This document shows, piece by piece, positions 1 through 12,868 of a DNA stretch of 64,000 bases. Location of the stretch: positions 22,200,709 through 22,264,708 of the forward strand of contig CM119264.1 of assembly GCA_051294375.1 (NCBI GenBank), in the 5' to 3' direction. Positions within the stretch are counted from its first letter, which is position 1. The number at the start of each line of letters is the position of its first letter. Under the pieces are notes generated by a model, which saw only the letters and a program-made list of their open reading frames with translations, did no database searches and was not told the DNA's origin. This DNA comes from Paraspadella gotoi (lineage: Eukaryota > Animalia > Chaetognatha). The position numbers were made by a program, and so were the translations under genes.

Positions 1-10
1 CCTTGACTAT

Positions 11-125
<115 letters not shown>

Positions 126-819
126 TACCACTTCCAAATCATTTAAATATAATTAAAATAATGTAATTAAAAAGAACCTTTTGTTAAAAAAAAAGAAGCT
201 TGAGAAGCCTCCTACTCCCCTCTTTCCCGATCACGTCGAACGAGTGATCATTCTCTTCGATATTAATGAGCTGAAGACGGCGAAAGAAATTGAGAGGCGG
301 AATGAAGAGAAAATAAAAGAAAAAAGTGGAGCGAAGGAAAACTTAAAGGCATAGAGGGGCAGAATGCAAAGAAATAAATAGAGAGGTGAGTTAACCATAA
401 AATCTAATTATATTATTTATTATTTTATTAATAAGGATAAAACGAAACGACCGTCAATCGCCCATAATTGTTTCCGCCACAATAAGACAAATGACTTAAA
501 TAACCGAAATTCCATCCGAAAGAATTCGTCCAAAGTGTTTTTTCATTCCACTCACCATAACATTATCATGCGCCGCTTTGACGTCTCACACTTTAATTTT
601 TCTCTCCCCCGCGAATCCCTACCTCCAAGACGTTTTCCCTCCACATTCACACTCTGATGTTTTCCACTCACATTCACGCTTCGACGTCCCGCGCGGTTTT
701 CACACGCTCGGTCGACGGGCGACGAGACGTCACCGACGACGAACCAAGTTTTTTTTTCTGCGGGGAAACTAATTACTCTTCTCTCTCAGAAAAGAAAGAA
801 TAAAAAAATAAGAAAAAAA

Positions 820-1743
820 AACAATATTAATATCATCAGAAACGCCCCTTTTAAAAAAATGAAGAGAATGATTATACTTACCGCAAGCTCTAAAATAAAA
901 ATTAAGCTGCCGATTTGCAAATTGACAGCTTTTTTTTACCGGCCGCTGTAAAAATTGTCACCATGTGTATAACCATTCGGTAAACAAACTACCTTCTTCA
1001 ATTCACCTTTTTCAGTATTTTGAAATTGTGATTTTAGAAATTAATCTAGTTTTGTTCACGCAGTCCCATTCGGACTCTGCAATTATCATTTTTTTTTTCT
1101 CAATTAATTTTATCGTCCACAAAAATCCTTTTAATAGCCCGTCATTCACTTCTCTTCTCACTTCTCTTCGCTTCACTTGCCAATTCTCATTCATTCCTCC
1201 TCCCTCTTCACTTCTCTCAGTCGTCTGCTTCGAAAAATTGCTTCCTTCAAATTGGGACCAAGACGTTGAAAGCCCGTCGTCTAGCTCCATCGATCCCTGT
1301 TCAACCGCCACCAAAATTTTCAAAGTCAGTCATATTTATTTATTTGTATTTTTTATTTTTTTTAGATTTTTCTTTTCAAAAAAAAATATCACAAAGGTTT
1401 TGCCGTTGCGGCAAAAAAAATATCTTAAATACTTCATGGATTTCCGCAAAATTTTCTTCTCAGTTGATCCGTCTTTCAAAAAAAAAAAAAACTTTTCAGC
1501 TCAGTTGCAGAAGTTGGAAAATCTTTAGAATCAATTTTGACTCTCAATTTTTCAAAAATCATCTTTTCTTTTTGATCTTTTATCTTCGCCGAGTTCGAAA
1601 GACGAAAAAAAATGTTTTCTCGAGAATTTTTTGGTTCGATGAATTATTAACATACAATATTTTTTTTAGAAAAATATTTTACAGCTCTCCCCCTGCTTTT
1701 GTCTTAGTTCTTCTCTTCTTCTCCTCATCTCTCTCTTTTCTCT

Positions 1744-1780
<37 letters not shown>

Positions 1781-2852
1781 GTCGCCTCCCCTGACCTCTG
1801 ACTCTGATCTGACTCTGCGCCATCTCCATCCACATTCTGACACACACGATCAACGTTCAATCCAGACTCGCCGATTCGCTCTTCACCCCCTCAATTTCTC
1901 ACAAAACCCTCTCTCGCCTTGACTTCAATTCTGAGCGAGGATTTGTTTTCCTGGTCCCATTCTCGACGGCCTGCATGAATATTCCATCCCGTCAATGTAG
2001 TGTTAAGAATGAAAAAAAGATATTGAAAAAAGAAAATTGGATGAAAAAAAAAAAAAAAAGGAGAAAAAATAATGGAAAGAAAGTTACGAAAAATATAAGC
2101 TAAAAGTTTGTTCAAATGAAAGAAAGAAAAAAAAAAAAAAAAATATAAGAAAGAAAGAAAGAAAGAAAGAAATAATTGAACAAAACATAGATAGAAAGAA
2201 AGTAAAATGAGAGAAAGATAAAAAACGACCAACGACAACCACGAAGACGACGTTCATAAAGAAATTCGTGATAACTACAGCTACAAAAACTATTTCTATC
2301 GAGCGCTGGCTCTTCCTCCATTCTTCAACCCTATGACCACGCCCACTCCAAAACAAACCAAATTTCGGTTTTTCGCTATCCCATCCCTTCCATCAACTTC
2401 CCCATCCTTCCCCACACTTTTCCCCATTCCCTTCCCCATCCCTTCCATCACTTCCCCATCACTTCCCCATTTCCCTTCCCCATTCCCTTCCACCATCCCT
2501 TCCCCATCCCTTCCCATCACTTCCCTATCACTTCCCATCCCTTCCCCATCCCTTCCCCATCCCTTCCCCATTCACTTCCCCCATCCCTTCCCCATCACTT
2601 TCCCCATCACCTTTCCCCATCCTCCACCTCGTTATCGTCCTCGACGGAGCGGCCCCGTTCCGTTTCCTTTTCGCGTGAATTCGAAACACGGGGTCAGTGG
2701 ATTCTGTCACGCCCCTTCTCCCTTCTCCGCCCCCCAAAACCAGCCTCGTTCAAAGGAATAAGGGGGTGTGAGAAAGAGGCTGTGAAAATGAAATGGGTAA
2801 GGTATCGGGTGAGTAAAAAAGGGATTGGCGGAAGTTGATCGAAATTCGGCGG
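820..2852 (+). repeat. Left arm of ~2 kb inverted duplication (error-rich copy of 3174-5117)
   Basis: Reverse complement of 3174-5117 along its whole length. Its copy of phosphatase exon 5 (1221-1324) has 6 single-base insertions and 1 deletion relative to the intact exon at 4736-4638. Confidence 0.92.
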
Positions 2853-2908
2853 GAAAATGAGATCGAGTTTTCCCTCGGATGCTATTTGGCACGAGTTTTT
2901 GATTTTTT

Positions 2909-2941
<33 letters not shown>

Positions 2942-3148
2942 CTCGCATTCGGCGAATAACTAGTGGTGACTAATTGGGGGCAGGGAGCGCGAGGGGGGGG
3001 GGCGCATTCGAAATGGAACTTAGGAAAACTCGTTTCCTTTCTTTTCCCCCCAGCCATTTTCGTAGTCATGATTATTGATTTTCAGATTCTACTACTAAAA
3101 TTAAAAAGACCCCCCCCCCAGAAAAAATATGCATTTTTTCAGAGAATA

Positions 3149-3173
3149 NNNNNNNNNNNNNNNNNNNNNNNNN
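3149..3173. other. Assembly gap (25 N)
   Basis: 25 Ns at the inner edge of the inverted duplication. Other gaps at 27681-27690 (10 N) and 56132-56156 (25 N). Confidence 1.
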
Positions 3174-4188
3174 CCGCCGAATTTCGATTCAACTCGCCAT
3201 CCCTTTTTTACTCACCCGATCCCTTACCCATTTCATTTTCACAGCCTCATTTCTCACCCCCCCCTTATTCCTTTGAACGAGGCTGAGTTTTGGGGGGCGG
3301 AGAGGGAAGGGGCGTGACGGAATCCAACTGACCCCGTGTTTCGATTCACGCGAAGGAAACGAACGGCGGCGCTCCGTCGAGGACGATAACGGAGGGTGGA
3401 GGATGGGGAAGTGATGGGGAAGTAATGGGGAAGGGAATGGGGAAGTGATGGGGAAGGGATGGGGAAGGGATGGGAAGGATGGGAAGTGATGGGGAAGTGA
3501 TGGGGAAGGATGGGGAAGGGATGGGGAAGTGATGGGAAGGATGGGGAAGTTGATGGGGAAGTGATGGGAAGGGATGGGGAAGTGATGGGGAAGTGATGGG
3601 GGAAGTACCATGCAGGAAGGGATGGGATAGCGAAAAAACCGAAACTTTGGTTTGTTTTGAGTGGGCGTGGTCATAGGGTTGAAGATGAGGAAGAGCCAGC
3701 GCTCATAGAAATAGTTGTAGCTGTAGTTATCACAATGTTCTTTATGAACGTCGTCTTCGTGGTTGTCGTTGTCGTTTTTATCTTTCTCATTTTACTTTCT
3801 TTCTATCTATGTTTGTTCAATATTTCTTTCTTTCTTTCTTTCTTTCTTTATTTTTTCTTTTTTTTTTCTTTCTTTCATTTGAACATACTTTTACTTATAT
3901 TTTTCGTACTTTCTTTCCATTATTTTTTTTCTTCTTTTTTTTCTTCATCCAATTTTCTTTTTTCAATATCTTTTTTTCATTCTTAACTACATGACGGGAT
4001 GGAATATTCATGCAGGCCGTCGAGGATGGGACCAGGAAAACAAATCCTCGCTCAGAATTGAGTCAAGGCGAGAGAGGGGTTTGAGATTGAGGGGGGGGTG
4101 AGAGCGGATCGGGAGTCTGGATTGAACGTGATCGGTTGTCAGATGTGGGATGGAGATGGCGCAGAGTCAGAGTCAGAGTCAGAGTCAG

Positions 4189-4225
<37 letters not shown>

Positions 4226-5117
4226 CAGAGAGAGAGAGAGAAAGAGAGAAAGAGAGAGAGAAAGAGAGAAGAAAGAGAGAGGGAGGGGGAAGAGCTGAAT
4301 ATTTTTATAAAAAAAATATTGTATTTAATAATTCTCGAACAAAAAATTCTCGGAGAAAACATTTTTTTCGCTTCGACTCCGAAGAAAAAGAAAAAGAAAA
4401 GATGATTTTTGAAAAATTGAGAGTCAAAATTGATTCTAAAGATTTTCACTTCTGCAACTGAGCTGAAAAGTTTTTTTTTTTTTGAAGACGGAATCAACTG
4501 ACAAGAAAATTTGCGGAAAATCATGAAGTATTTTAGATATTTTTTTGCCGCAAACGGCAAACCTTTGTGAATATTTTTTTTTTTGAAAAAGAAAAATCTA
4601 AAAAAAATAAAAAATACAATAAATAAATATGACTGACTTTGAAAATTTTGGTGGCGTTGAACCAGGGATCGATGGAGCAGACGACGGCTTTCACGTCTTG
4701 GTCCAATTTGAAGGAAGCAATTTTCGAAGCAGACGACTGAGAGAGTGAAGAGGGGAGGAAGGAATGAATGAGATTGGCAGAAGTGAACGAAGAGAAGTGA
4801 GAAGAGAAGTGAATGACGGCATTAAAAGGATTTTTGTGGACGATAATTAATTGAGAAAAAAAAATGATATTGCAAGAGTCCGAATGGGACTCGTGAACAA
4901 AACTAGATTAATTCTAAAATCACAATTTCAAATACTGAAAAAGGTGAATTGAAGAAGGTAGTTTGTTACCGAATGGTTATACACATGGTGACAATTTTAC
5001 AAGCGCCGGTAAAAAAAGCTGTCATTTGCAAACCAGCTTAATTTTTATTTTAGAGCTTTCGTAAGTATATCATTCTCTTCATTTTTTAAAGGGCTTTCTG
5101 ATGATATTAATATTGTT
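3174..5117 (-). repeat. Right arm of inverted duplication (higher-quality, gene-bearing copy)
   Basis: Reverse complement of 820-2852. Carries an open, correctly spliced phosphatase exon. Confidence 0.9.
3401..3607 (+). repeat. ~11-bp G-rich tandem repeat (GATGGGGAAGT/GATGGGGAAGG); mirrored at 2379-2620
   Basis: Iterated gatggggaagt/gatggggaagg units. Confidence 0.9.
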
Positions 5118-5844
5118 CATATCTTAATAAATACTTTGTTTAAAAAAGTGCTAAAAGTTTAAAACAAAATTTAATTTAAAAACAGTGAGTTGGAAAATGA
5201 AACCCGATTTAACAAGCCAACTTTCTCCACTCATTTTCAAGGCATATCTTAACTGATCAATATAAAATTTGAACACATAAATGACTTTAATATTTTTTAC
5301 TCAACTAATTTTTAAAATCAATGAAATAACCACTGGTTTGCAAATAACAGCGTTTTTTTTACCGGCGCTTGTAAAATTTTCACCATGTATTTATAAAAAC
5401 TTATTTGTGAAAAGAATTAAAATATCTCAATAGTATCTGAAAAGCGAACGAAGAAACAATTCACTTTAATTTTCTTCATTTCGTTAGTTTTCAAACAGAT
5501 AAAAAAAAGACTCCCTCGTATTTTCCGACTCAATAACTCAATAAAAAAAGACTTTGGCGAAAAAGAAAAAAAAAGAAAAAAGAGAGAGTAAAGTGAAAAG
5601 ACGAATTAATATTTTTTTTCTCCTTTTTTCTCTTCTGTTTTCTCTCTTTTACTTTTTTTTCTTCTTTTCTCTTTCTTCCTTTTTTTTTCTCCATTTCTCT
5701 CTCTTCCTTTTTTTTTCTTCTTTTCTCTCTCTCTCCGCTCGCTCGCACTTCTCTTTCCATCTCTCCGCTTTCTCAAACTCAAAGCTCCAGCTGCCATCTT
5801 CTCAGTCCTTGCCATTCTATCTGCCGGGCGTTATTAGTCTCTTC

Positions 5845-5875
<31 letters not shown>

Positions 5876-8552
5876 TCGCAGTCGTTTTCGCCATCGGTCT
5901 GAGTAGACGTCGCAGTCTTCGTCTCCTTTTTAAATTTTAATGCTTTTGGCGAAATCGTCGTCGTTGTAGTCGTAGTCGTTTTTAATGTGGTCACTCGATA
6001 ATATTATCGCATCGCAGATTCGCAGGGCATAGTAGGCGTTATGGATCATTGTCATCATCATCATCATTGACTTCATCATCGTCATCATCGTGATCGTCGT
6101 CGCCCTCATAATGATAGCGTTTGTTCTCCCATTACAGTCATGTGCCCAAAAAACGCGCCACTTTATTTCAAACTTAAAAATCACTCTATATACTTGAATT
6201 GAAAAAAAAAGTTTAGTATAAGTTTTATTTAAAAATTGGGCCTTCTGTTTTAATAGAGCGTCTGGAATTTAAAGTTATAAAGTGGGGCGGTTTTTTTTGG
6301 ACAGGAGTGTACTGTAGTCACTCTCGGCGTCGGCGTCACTGACGACGAGAAAACTCATAATGACCCGAATCATGAATGGATAAAATATGACCCAAAAATT
6401 GGGAGAAAACTCTTTCTCTCTCTCTCTCTCTCCGTCTCTCTCTCTCTCTCTTCATTCTTTTGAATCGCGTTGTGGGTGAGGCTTTTTCCTTTCTCCTCAT
6501 TACGAGTAAAGCCATCTGGGTCGATTTCTTTCGACGTCGTCATGGTCGTTGTCGTCGTCGTTTTCGTCGTCATCGTCCACAATTTTATGGCCATGATCTT
6601 CCTAATCATCGTCGTGAATAATAAACAGAAAGAGATTGTCAAAAGGACGGCCATCATCATTGTCGTCGTCCTGATTGTCGTCGTCATCGTTGTCGTCGTA
6701 CTTTTGGTCGTTGTCTTCGTCCTCGTCGTCTTTTTTGATTGATGTATCTTCCAAAAAAGAAAAAAAAAAAAAATGAACTCCCATAACAAAAATTCTCGCG
6801 AGATTGCGTCCAAAGAAAGGAGGGTTCCCCACCAAAGCCCACCATCTCACCATTCACCGCAACCACTATCGCGCAGCACCTTGTATTTCCTCTTACCTCG
6901 TAAGGTTCCACAGGGACTGTATCGTCTCCGAATCCCAGGAAACGAACGTTCGTCATTTCCAGTTCCTCCTGTGATGACAACAACAACGATGATGTTTACG
7001 ACGGTGATGATGGTAAAAACGTTAACGATCTTAACAATTTAATAAGTAGTGTAAGGTGAAATAGTGATAAAAAGAAAGATTATATTTTTGTATTTTCTCC
7101 ATTTCCGTTTTTTTTTTTGGTCTCGATGGGCGGGATAGGGGTGAAAACAAGGCGGAGCCAATGATGCTGGCCAAAAAAAAAATGGTCAGGTCCGTCGGTC
7201 AGTTTGTCGGGCAATCGCGGGCTTTTTCGCGCCAACGAATCTGGTGGTGCTTCTCTGGGTGACCGTGGCGCAGGCAGGGGCGGTGTCGGTGGCTGGTGGC
7301 GGTATTTGGCGGCGGGGTAGAGTCCCTGACCGAAAAAGGAGGAGAAGAGTTTGTTTTGACTTTTGAGGAGGAACTTCGGGTCAAGGGTCGGGATATGGGC
7401 GTGGGGGGGGGCGTATATTTAGGAATGGGAGGATCAATAGTTGAGATCTGGATTTTCTTCATCCTCTCGGTCTTGGCACGAGGATTGTCTTAGGTGGGCG
7501 GAGATTCTCAATTTTCTTCTCTCAGTTTTGACTTTTTACTAAGAGAGATATATCATCAAAGCTTTTTTTAAATATCTATTAAAATGAGATGAGTATGGAC
7601 ATACGGGCGAGATAGGTTCCTGGGGAACAACAAGCGTTTACGACGAGTATTTATTAATTCAAAGTCGTTCATCTTAACAATCTCTCTCTCTCTCTCTCTC
7701 ACCTTCAAACCGCCTTGGCAAAACATGTATGCTTTGTCGTATTTCTTCAAATTTTTTTCCAAGTATTTCTTCATCGCATAAGCGGCGGAAAATATTTGCT
7801 CCTGAAAGACATAAGGATCATTGGATAGTTCAAGTGCACTACAATAAACTGGCTTTTACTGTCTGCCGAAATTGCCAACCGCTGGAATTCCAATCAACAC
7901 TCACCTCTTTGACTCCCTTGATTCTCACCACTCGTTCGATCTTCTTAACGAATTGACTCCTCGTCAGTTGCGCGTTGTTCGTCACGAAGAAAATGTTCTT
8001 TCCCAAATCTCTGAAGAAAATGTTCGCGAATCACGATGCCTCGACTGCGATTCTTTTTTTAGGTGGACGACGTGACAACAAACAACATACAATCTAAGCT
8101 TTAATAGAAGGCCGATGCTCCGCTAAATTTTACAATCATTTTACTGCCAAATACCACGAATGATGACGAGCGAGAAACAAAAATTCAAGCGATTAAAGTG
8201 TCTTTCCTTCTGAAGAAAGAAAAAATAACAACATACTTTACTTTGGTAAAGAAACTTAACCTAAGCTGTCCTATCGACCACTACTCGATCACCCCTGCCT
8301 CGTTGCATTGCAACCCCATCGAAGCCACGCCCACCTAATCAATGAGAGGGTGTCCTCCACGCCCTCCAGCCGCGTGATCCCGTCCTCGCTCCACAGCGTC
8401 CCATCCAGATCGAAGATGAAATTGTCGAACGTCTCCACAAACTCGAGATAATTGTGGCGCCCGATCACAACCGGAAGTTGGAGTGGCGACTCGTCCGGCG
8501 GCGGCAGGAGGGTAAGGATCGGCCGGTCGTGTGGCGCAGTGTTTGCCGCCAT
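4638..8552 (-). CDS. HAD-superfamily subfamily IIA phosphatase (phosphoglycolate/pyridoxal/4-nitrophenyl phosphatase-like), spliced, 3'-incomplete
   Basis: Exons 8552-8335, 8010-7905, 7801-7703, 6968-6897, 4736-4638; all GT-AG and phase-compatible (198 aa). Translation: ...FDNFIFDLDGTLW (motif I DxD)...LIRDLGKNIFFVTNN (motif II)...EQIFSAAYAMKKYL...GGLKEELEMTNVRFLGFGDD...KLDQDVKAVVCSIDPWFNATKIFK (cap region like LDPDVxAVVVGFD). Motif III/IV exons not found. Confidence 0.9.
4979..5392. mobile_element. MITE-like element with ~55-bp terminal inverted repeats, in phosphatase intron 4
   Basis: 4979-5036 (acacatggtgacaattttacaagcgccggtaaaaaaagctgtcatttgcaaaccag) is a near-perfect reverse complement of 5333-5390. 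~300-bp AT-rich non-coding interior, TA-rich flanks. Confidence 0.6.
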
Positions 8553-10199
8553 GGTGAGAGAGAGAGCGGGAATGATAGAGAAGAGTATGAGACGAGAAGA
8601 GAGAGAGACGACGACGAGAGAGATGAGAGAATGATCGAGCAGATCGAGAGAGAGACTGAACTAGCAGAGGAAGAGAGGGAGAGAAAATGGATTCTTTTCT
8701 AAAGTTTTGCAACGAAAATGTGTAACGGATTTTCGTTTTGTTAAAATCTTAACTTATCTTTCTTTCTTTCTTCGATGGAGGCGATAGTTATGGAATCCGG
8801 CAGAGAGACAGTGATGGAACGCCGACTTAGGAAAAATAAATAAAAGCGATGGTAAATCCCAGGGGTTCTGACTGAAATGTAACACTTTAGCAAAATAATT
8901 AAACACTGTTCGTGATTGAGTATAGGGAGAGCTTGAGCTTGGAAAAGTGTTTTGGGGCTGAATAGAGGATAATTGAGAAGGAAATTTAAATATCAAGGTC
9001 ACGTGGAATCGAGACAGTGAGAGAACGCAAAACTTTGTTGAATTGTTAAAAAAAAAGAAGTGGAAAAAGACGACAACGACGACGAAGATGACGAAGAATT
9101 CAGCGATTTATTTTTCATTTATAAATCCACTATTTTTTTTCTCTTCTTCCAGATTTCTTCTGCTTCGTCGATTCCAAATGTGATTGACGACGTCAGTGTT
9201 TAGTTTGAGAATAAGCAAAATATACAAAGTAAACAAATAGGGATGAAGAACTTGGGGAGCCCGGGGGGGTGGAGGAGATTCGGAACCGGGTCTCACTTTT
9301 GATGGTCGGTCTCGCGGGAAAGTCGGGGTTAAAGGAGGGATGAGCTGAGTTTAAACGACGGGGAGTTAAGATGAGGGATGCGGGTTTCGCTCTTGAAAGC
9401 GCGAGCTGCGTGAGGCAGATGATGTGAGTTACGAATTGGAAATGTCAAGCGACTTCAGTTTCTAAGAAATATTCCGTTCGACTCTGGCGTAAAAGAAAAA
9501 TTCCTATGCCAAAAACCGAAAGCTGGAAGCGTTAAGAGGAATGAATAGATAAGTGTATGAATGAATGAATTCGTAAATGAATGAATGAATGAATGATTTT
9601 GTGAAAAAAATAATGAATAAAGTGATGAAAGAATAAATGAAGTAAAGAATGAATATTGAATAAATTAATAAACAAATGAAAGAAAGAATCAAAGATGAAA
9701 AGAGGATTAAATTAATGAATGAAATTAAAAATCAATAAATCAATACATCAATAAATCAATAAATCAATAAATCCATAAACCAATTAATCAATAAATCAAT
9801 CAATAAATAAAAAATTAAATAAACATATAAATAAATTTTAAAAAATGATAAATAATATTAGATTTTTAATGCGTTTTTTCCGTTCATATTTTTAAAAAAA
9901 CTCCCAACGATTCATTTTAAGGAACAGGGAATAGGGAGAGTGAGAACAACAACTGTCGATTAGCGAAAAGACAAAAGAATCATCTCCCGCCCATGGCAGC
10001 GTCGGCGGCGGCAGCGTCGGCGGCGGCGGCAGCGGCGGAGGCAGTGGTGGGGACCGCGTTGTCATTGCCGATTCTTTGGCCTTTTCCTTCGGAGGCTCTT
10101 CTAAAAACCTGGTTCGGCATCTCAGGGCAATTTTGGGGAAAAATGGTCAGAAACTCTTTCCCATTATGCCATTTTTTGCTTTCTTTTGGTGTCTTGTTT

Positions 10200-10201
10200 G
10201 T

Positions 10202-10292
<91 letters not shown>
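10200..10292. repeat. (TTTC)n microsatellite (also 24316-24497)
   Basis: Tetranucleotide run; source of spurious FFLS/KERK ORFs. Confidence 0.95.
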
Positions 10293-10293
<1 letters not shown>

Positions 10294-11596
10294 TTTTCTC
10301 CTTTCTTTTTCTCTTTATCTTTTTCGTCACAGGTTTTTCTTCTTCTCCTTCGCGTCTTCCGATACCAAATATGGAAAAAAGAAAAGCGAAGAGAAAGAAG
10401 AAAGATCAGGAACAAGAATGCGTCGCTTGCATTTTTTTCTCAAAGAATCCGTTTTTTTTTCCTACGACGAACTTTTCCTTTTGGAAAATCCTAGAAGATA
10501 ATTCTAGAATACTTTTAGATTTTTTTAGGAGAAAACAAACTACATATGTTGTGGTCATCAAATTAAACCTCGCGTTCTGCTCACGCGAACTGCTTTTCAT
10601 CATTCCTTTTGGTTTGTGATTGTGACTTTTCTGCCGTGAGTCGTTACGACGACGACGATGACGATGACGACGATGACGACGACGATTGGCCATTTCACGC
10701 CCCGCCGGTTTTTCGTCCCCGGATGTTGTTTCGCCGTCGCTATTACCGACGTTGGCGCCGTCGCAGAATCAAGCGCCACCGCATCTGACGGAAACTCCGC
10801 CACCAAACGAGAAAGCCTTCTTCCTCCAGCCGCTGCAATCGCCGCCGTCGCCGCCTCAACCGCCGCCTGCGACCTCCGGCGGTGATCTAATCAGTCTTGA
10901 GAGAGAATGTCTCAGAAACTGCTGAAAAACAAATGCCCCATCATCGCGAAAGAGGAAGAGTGATGAAAACAAAAAAAGCTGGGAGGAAGAGAGAGAGAGA
11001 GAGAGGATAGAGACCGTCCGAAAAAGGATGCGAAATGAGAGGAATAGAGACGAGTAGTGCAGAAGAAAGATCAGGAGGATGTGAGAAATGTGAGGATGGA
11101 AAAGAAGCAGTGGAGAAGACCTATTGTGAGAGAAGAGAGAGAGACGAGACAGAAAGACAGATTGAAAGTTAGACAGAGAAATTGTTGGGAAAGAAAAAAA
11201 AAATCCCCAAACCGGAAATGGGAAAAAAACGTCAAAAATGACAAATGATTTAGAGAATGTTTGGCCGAGCGTGAACACGGTCTATGGATTCCCCCCCCCC
11301 TTTCATTTGACGTCGTGAATTCTTCATTATGAAATGATTAAAACAATTTTCCGCGTTATTAGTCTTTTATTTTCATTTTCCGCTCGAAAGTTTTTCTTTG
11401 ACGAGAAAGACGCCTTCCTTTAGAAGGGGTAGCCGCACTCAATGGGCATAGTCAAAAATTTACAGCGAGTACAAACGAAAACCTATACATTTTTAAGTAT
11501 ACTTTCAATGGACAAAAAATTTCTTATATGGCTCTATACACTAGTAATTATTTTTTTGATATTTATTTATAAATAGGAAAGGCCAAAAATTTTTTT

Positions 11597-12868
11597 GAGA
11601 ACGACGAGGTAACAGTTGACGTAGACGGAACCGGCTTGAAGGCAAGACGCCACGAAGGTGGCCTTGTCTAAATCCTTGGTAAAGACCGAGGACACAAGCC
11701 CGTAGGAATAATCGTTGGCTCTTTCAATCACCTCGTCTATCGTCTAACAAATTTGGGAATAATGCACCGCACCGCACCGCACCGCACCGCACCGCACCGC
11801 ACCGCACCGCACCGCACCGCACCGCACCGCACCGCACAGCCGAATTCTTTTCCGTCCGACAAACCTTAAATGTGAAAATTTGCAGGACTGGACCAACATT
11901 TCCTCCTTGGCGATTCTCATGTGATCTTCGACGTCGGCAAACTCAGTGGATTCGATGTTAAGTCACCGTCGTAAGCCTTTCCCCCGCACTTCAAAGTCGC
12001 CCCCTCGGAAATGCCGCTTTGAATCAACTCCAAGATTTTGTCAAACTATTCTTGATCTGCAGATAGATAAAATTAAATGCGTCAATTACTAATAACTAAT
12101 AGCATTTCCAACCGGTCCTATCGCAATTTCAATTACCACCTCCACCTCCAACATTCAGGGATTACCAATGACCCTGTTTTTGGCCTTCTCCACGCTTCGC
12201 TTGACGAATTCCTCGTAAATGTCTGCTTGAACGAAGCACCTTGAGCCGGCTAAACAACACTGACCCATGTTGTAAAATATCGCGTGGTGAGAGACCTGGA
12301 GGGCCAAATCGAGGTCGCAATCGCTGAAGACGATGTTGGGACTCTTCCCGCCCAACTCCAATTGAACGCCTTTCGCGTTGGTCTTTCCGGAAGCCTGTTG
12401 AATGATTTTTCCAACTTCGGTGGAACCGGTGAAGTAAATTTTGGCGACGTCGGGATGTTCCCTCAACCCGGCGCCTGCTGTAGGACCGTAGCCGGGGAAC
12501 ACATTGAAGACGCCCTTTGGAAATCCTTTAATTTTTTATCAAGAAATTGTATCATTGACAATCGTTTGTAAAAAAAAATGCCCTGGACACTGACCCGCTT
12601 CAACCACCGAGAGCGAGAGCCAAAGTCATTAAAGGAGTTTGTTCTGGAGGCTTCATAATTATGGCGTTTCCACAGGCCAAAGCTGTGCTAATTGCGAGGA
12701 TGAGGCACGAGGAATTTTAAATAAAGTTTAATTTCTACTACATCAAAATCTATCTATCTATCTATCTACCTCCAACGACACCAAGAGGTTCTCGTTTTGT
12801 GTATGAGAAGAATTTCCCATCGGTAGGGATGGTTTTGCCGCAGATCTTGTCTGCCAATCCGGCGAAAT
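11597..12868 (-). pseudogene. Aldehyde dehydrogenase (ALDH1/ALDH2 family) pseudogene fragment with introns
   Basis: Pieces: 12868-12770 [32 protein letters not shown]; ~12690-12595 ALACGNAIIMKPPEQTPL (frameshift before VVEAG); 12525-~12155 [14 protein letters not shown]...FTGSTEVG...LELGGKSP...GQCC; ~12060-11865 DQE*FDKILELIQSG... (TAG stop, 2 frameshifts around RIAKEE/GPV); 11743-11597 [28 protein letters not shown]...AGSVYVNCY. The IIPWNFP segment, N-terminus and PFGG C-terminus are absent. Confidence 0.88.
11764..11837. repeat. (GCACC)n pentanucleotide microsatellite in ALDH intron
   Basis: About 14 perfect gcacc units. Confidence 0.95.

Noticed and set aside
200-270. Possible downstream phosphatase exon on minus strand (LINIEENDHSFDVIGKEG)
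   Set aside because: Good acceptor, but only faint similarity to the HAD-IIA IGKP motif and no clear donor.
9980-10925. GC-rich segments with Ala/Gly/Pro-rich ORFs (similar at 13443-13676, 26482-26861, 52930-54056, 55196-55510)
   Set aside because: Several frames are open because of GC/trinucleotide bias; no identifiable domain or consistent splice model.
12155-12502. ALDH ORF as a functional stand-alone gene
   Set aside because: It is one internal exon; neighbouring exons carry a stop and frameshifts, and both termini are missing.
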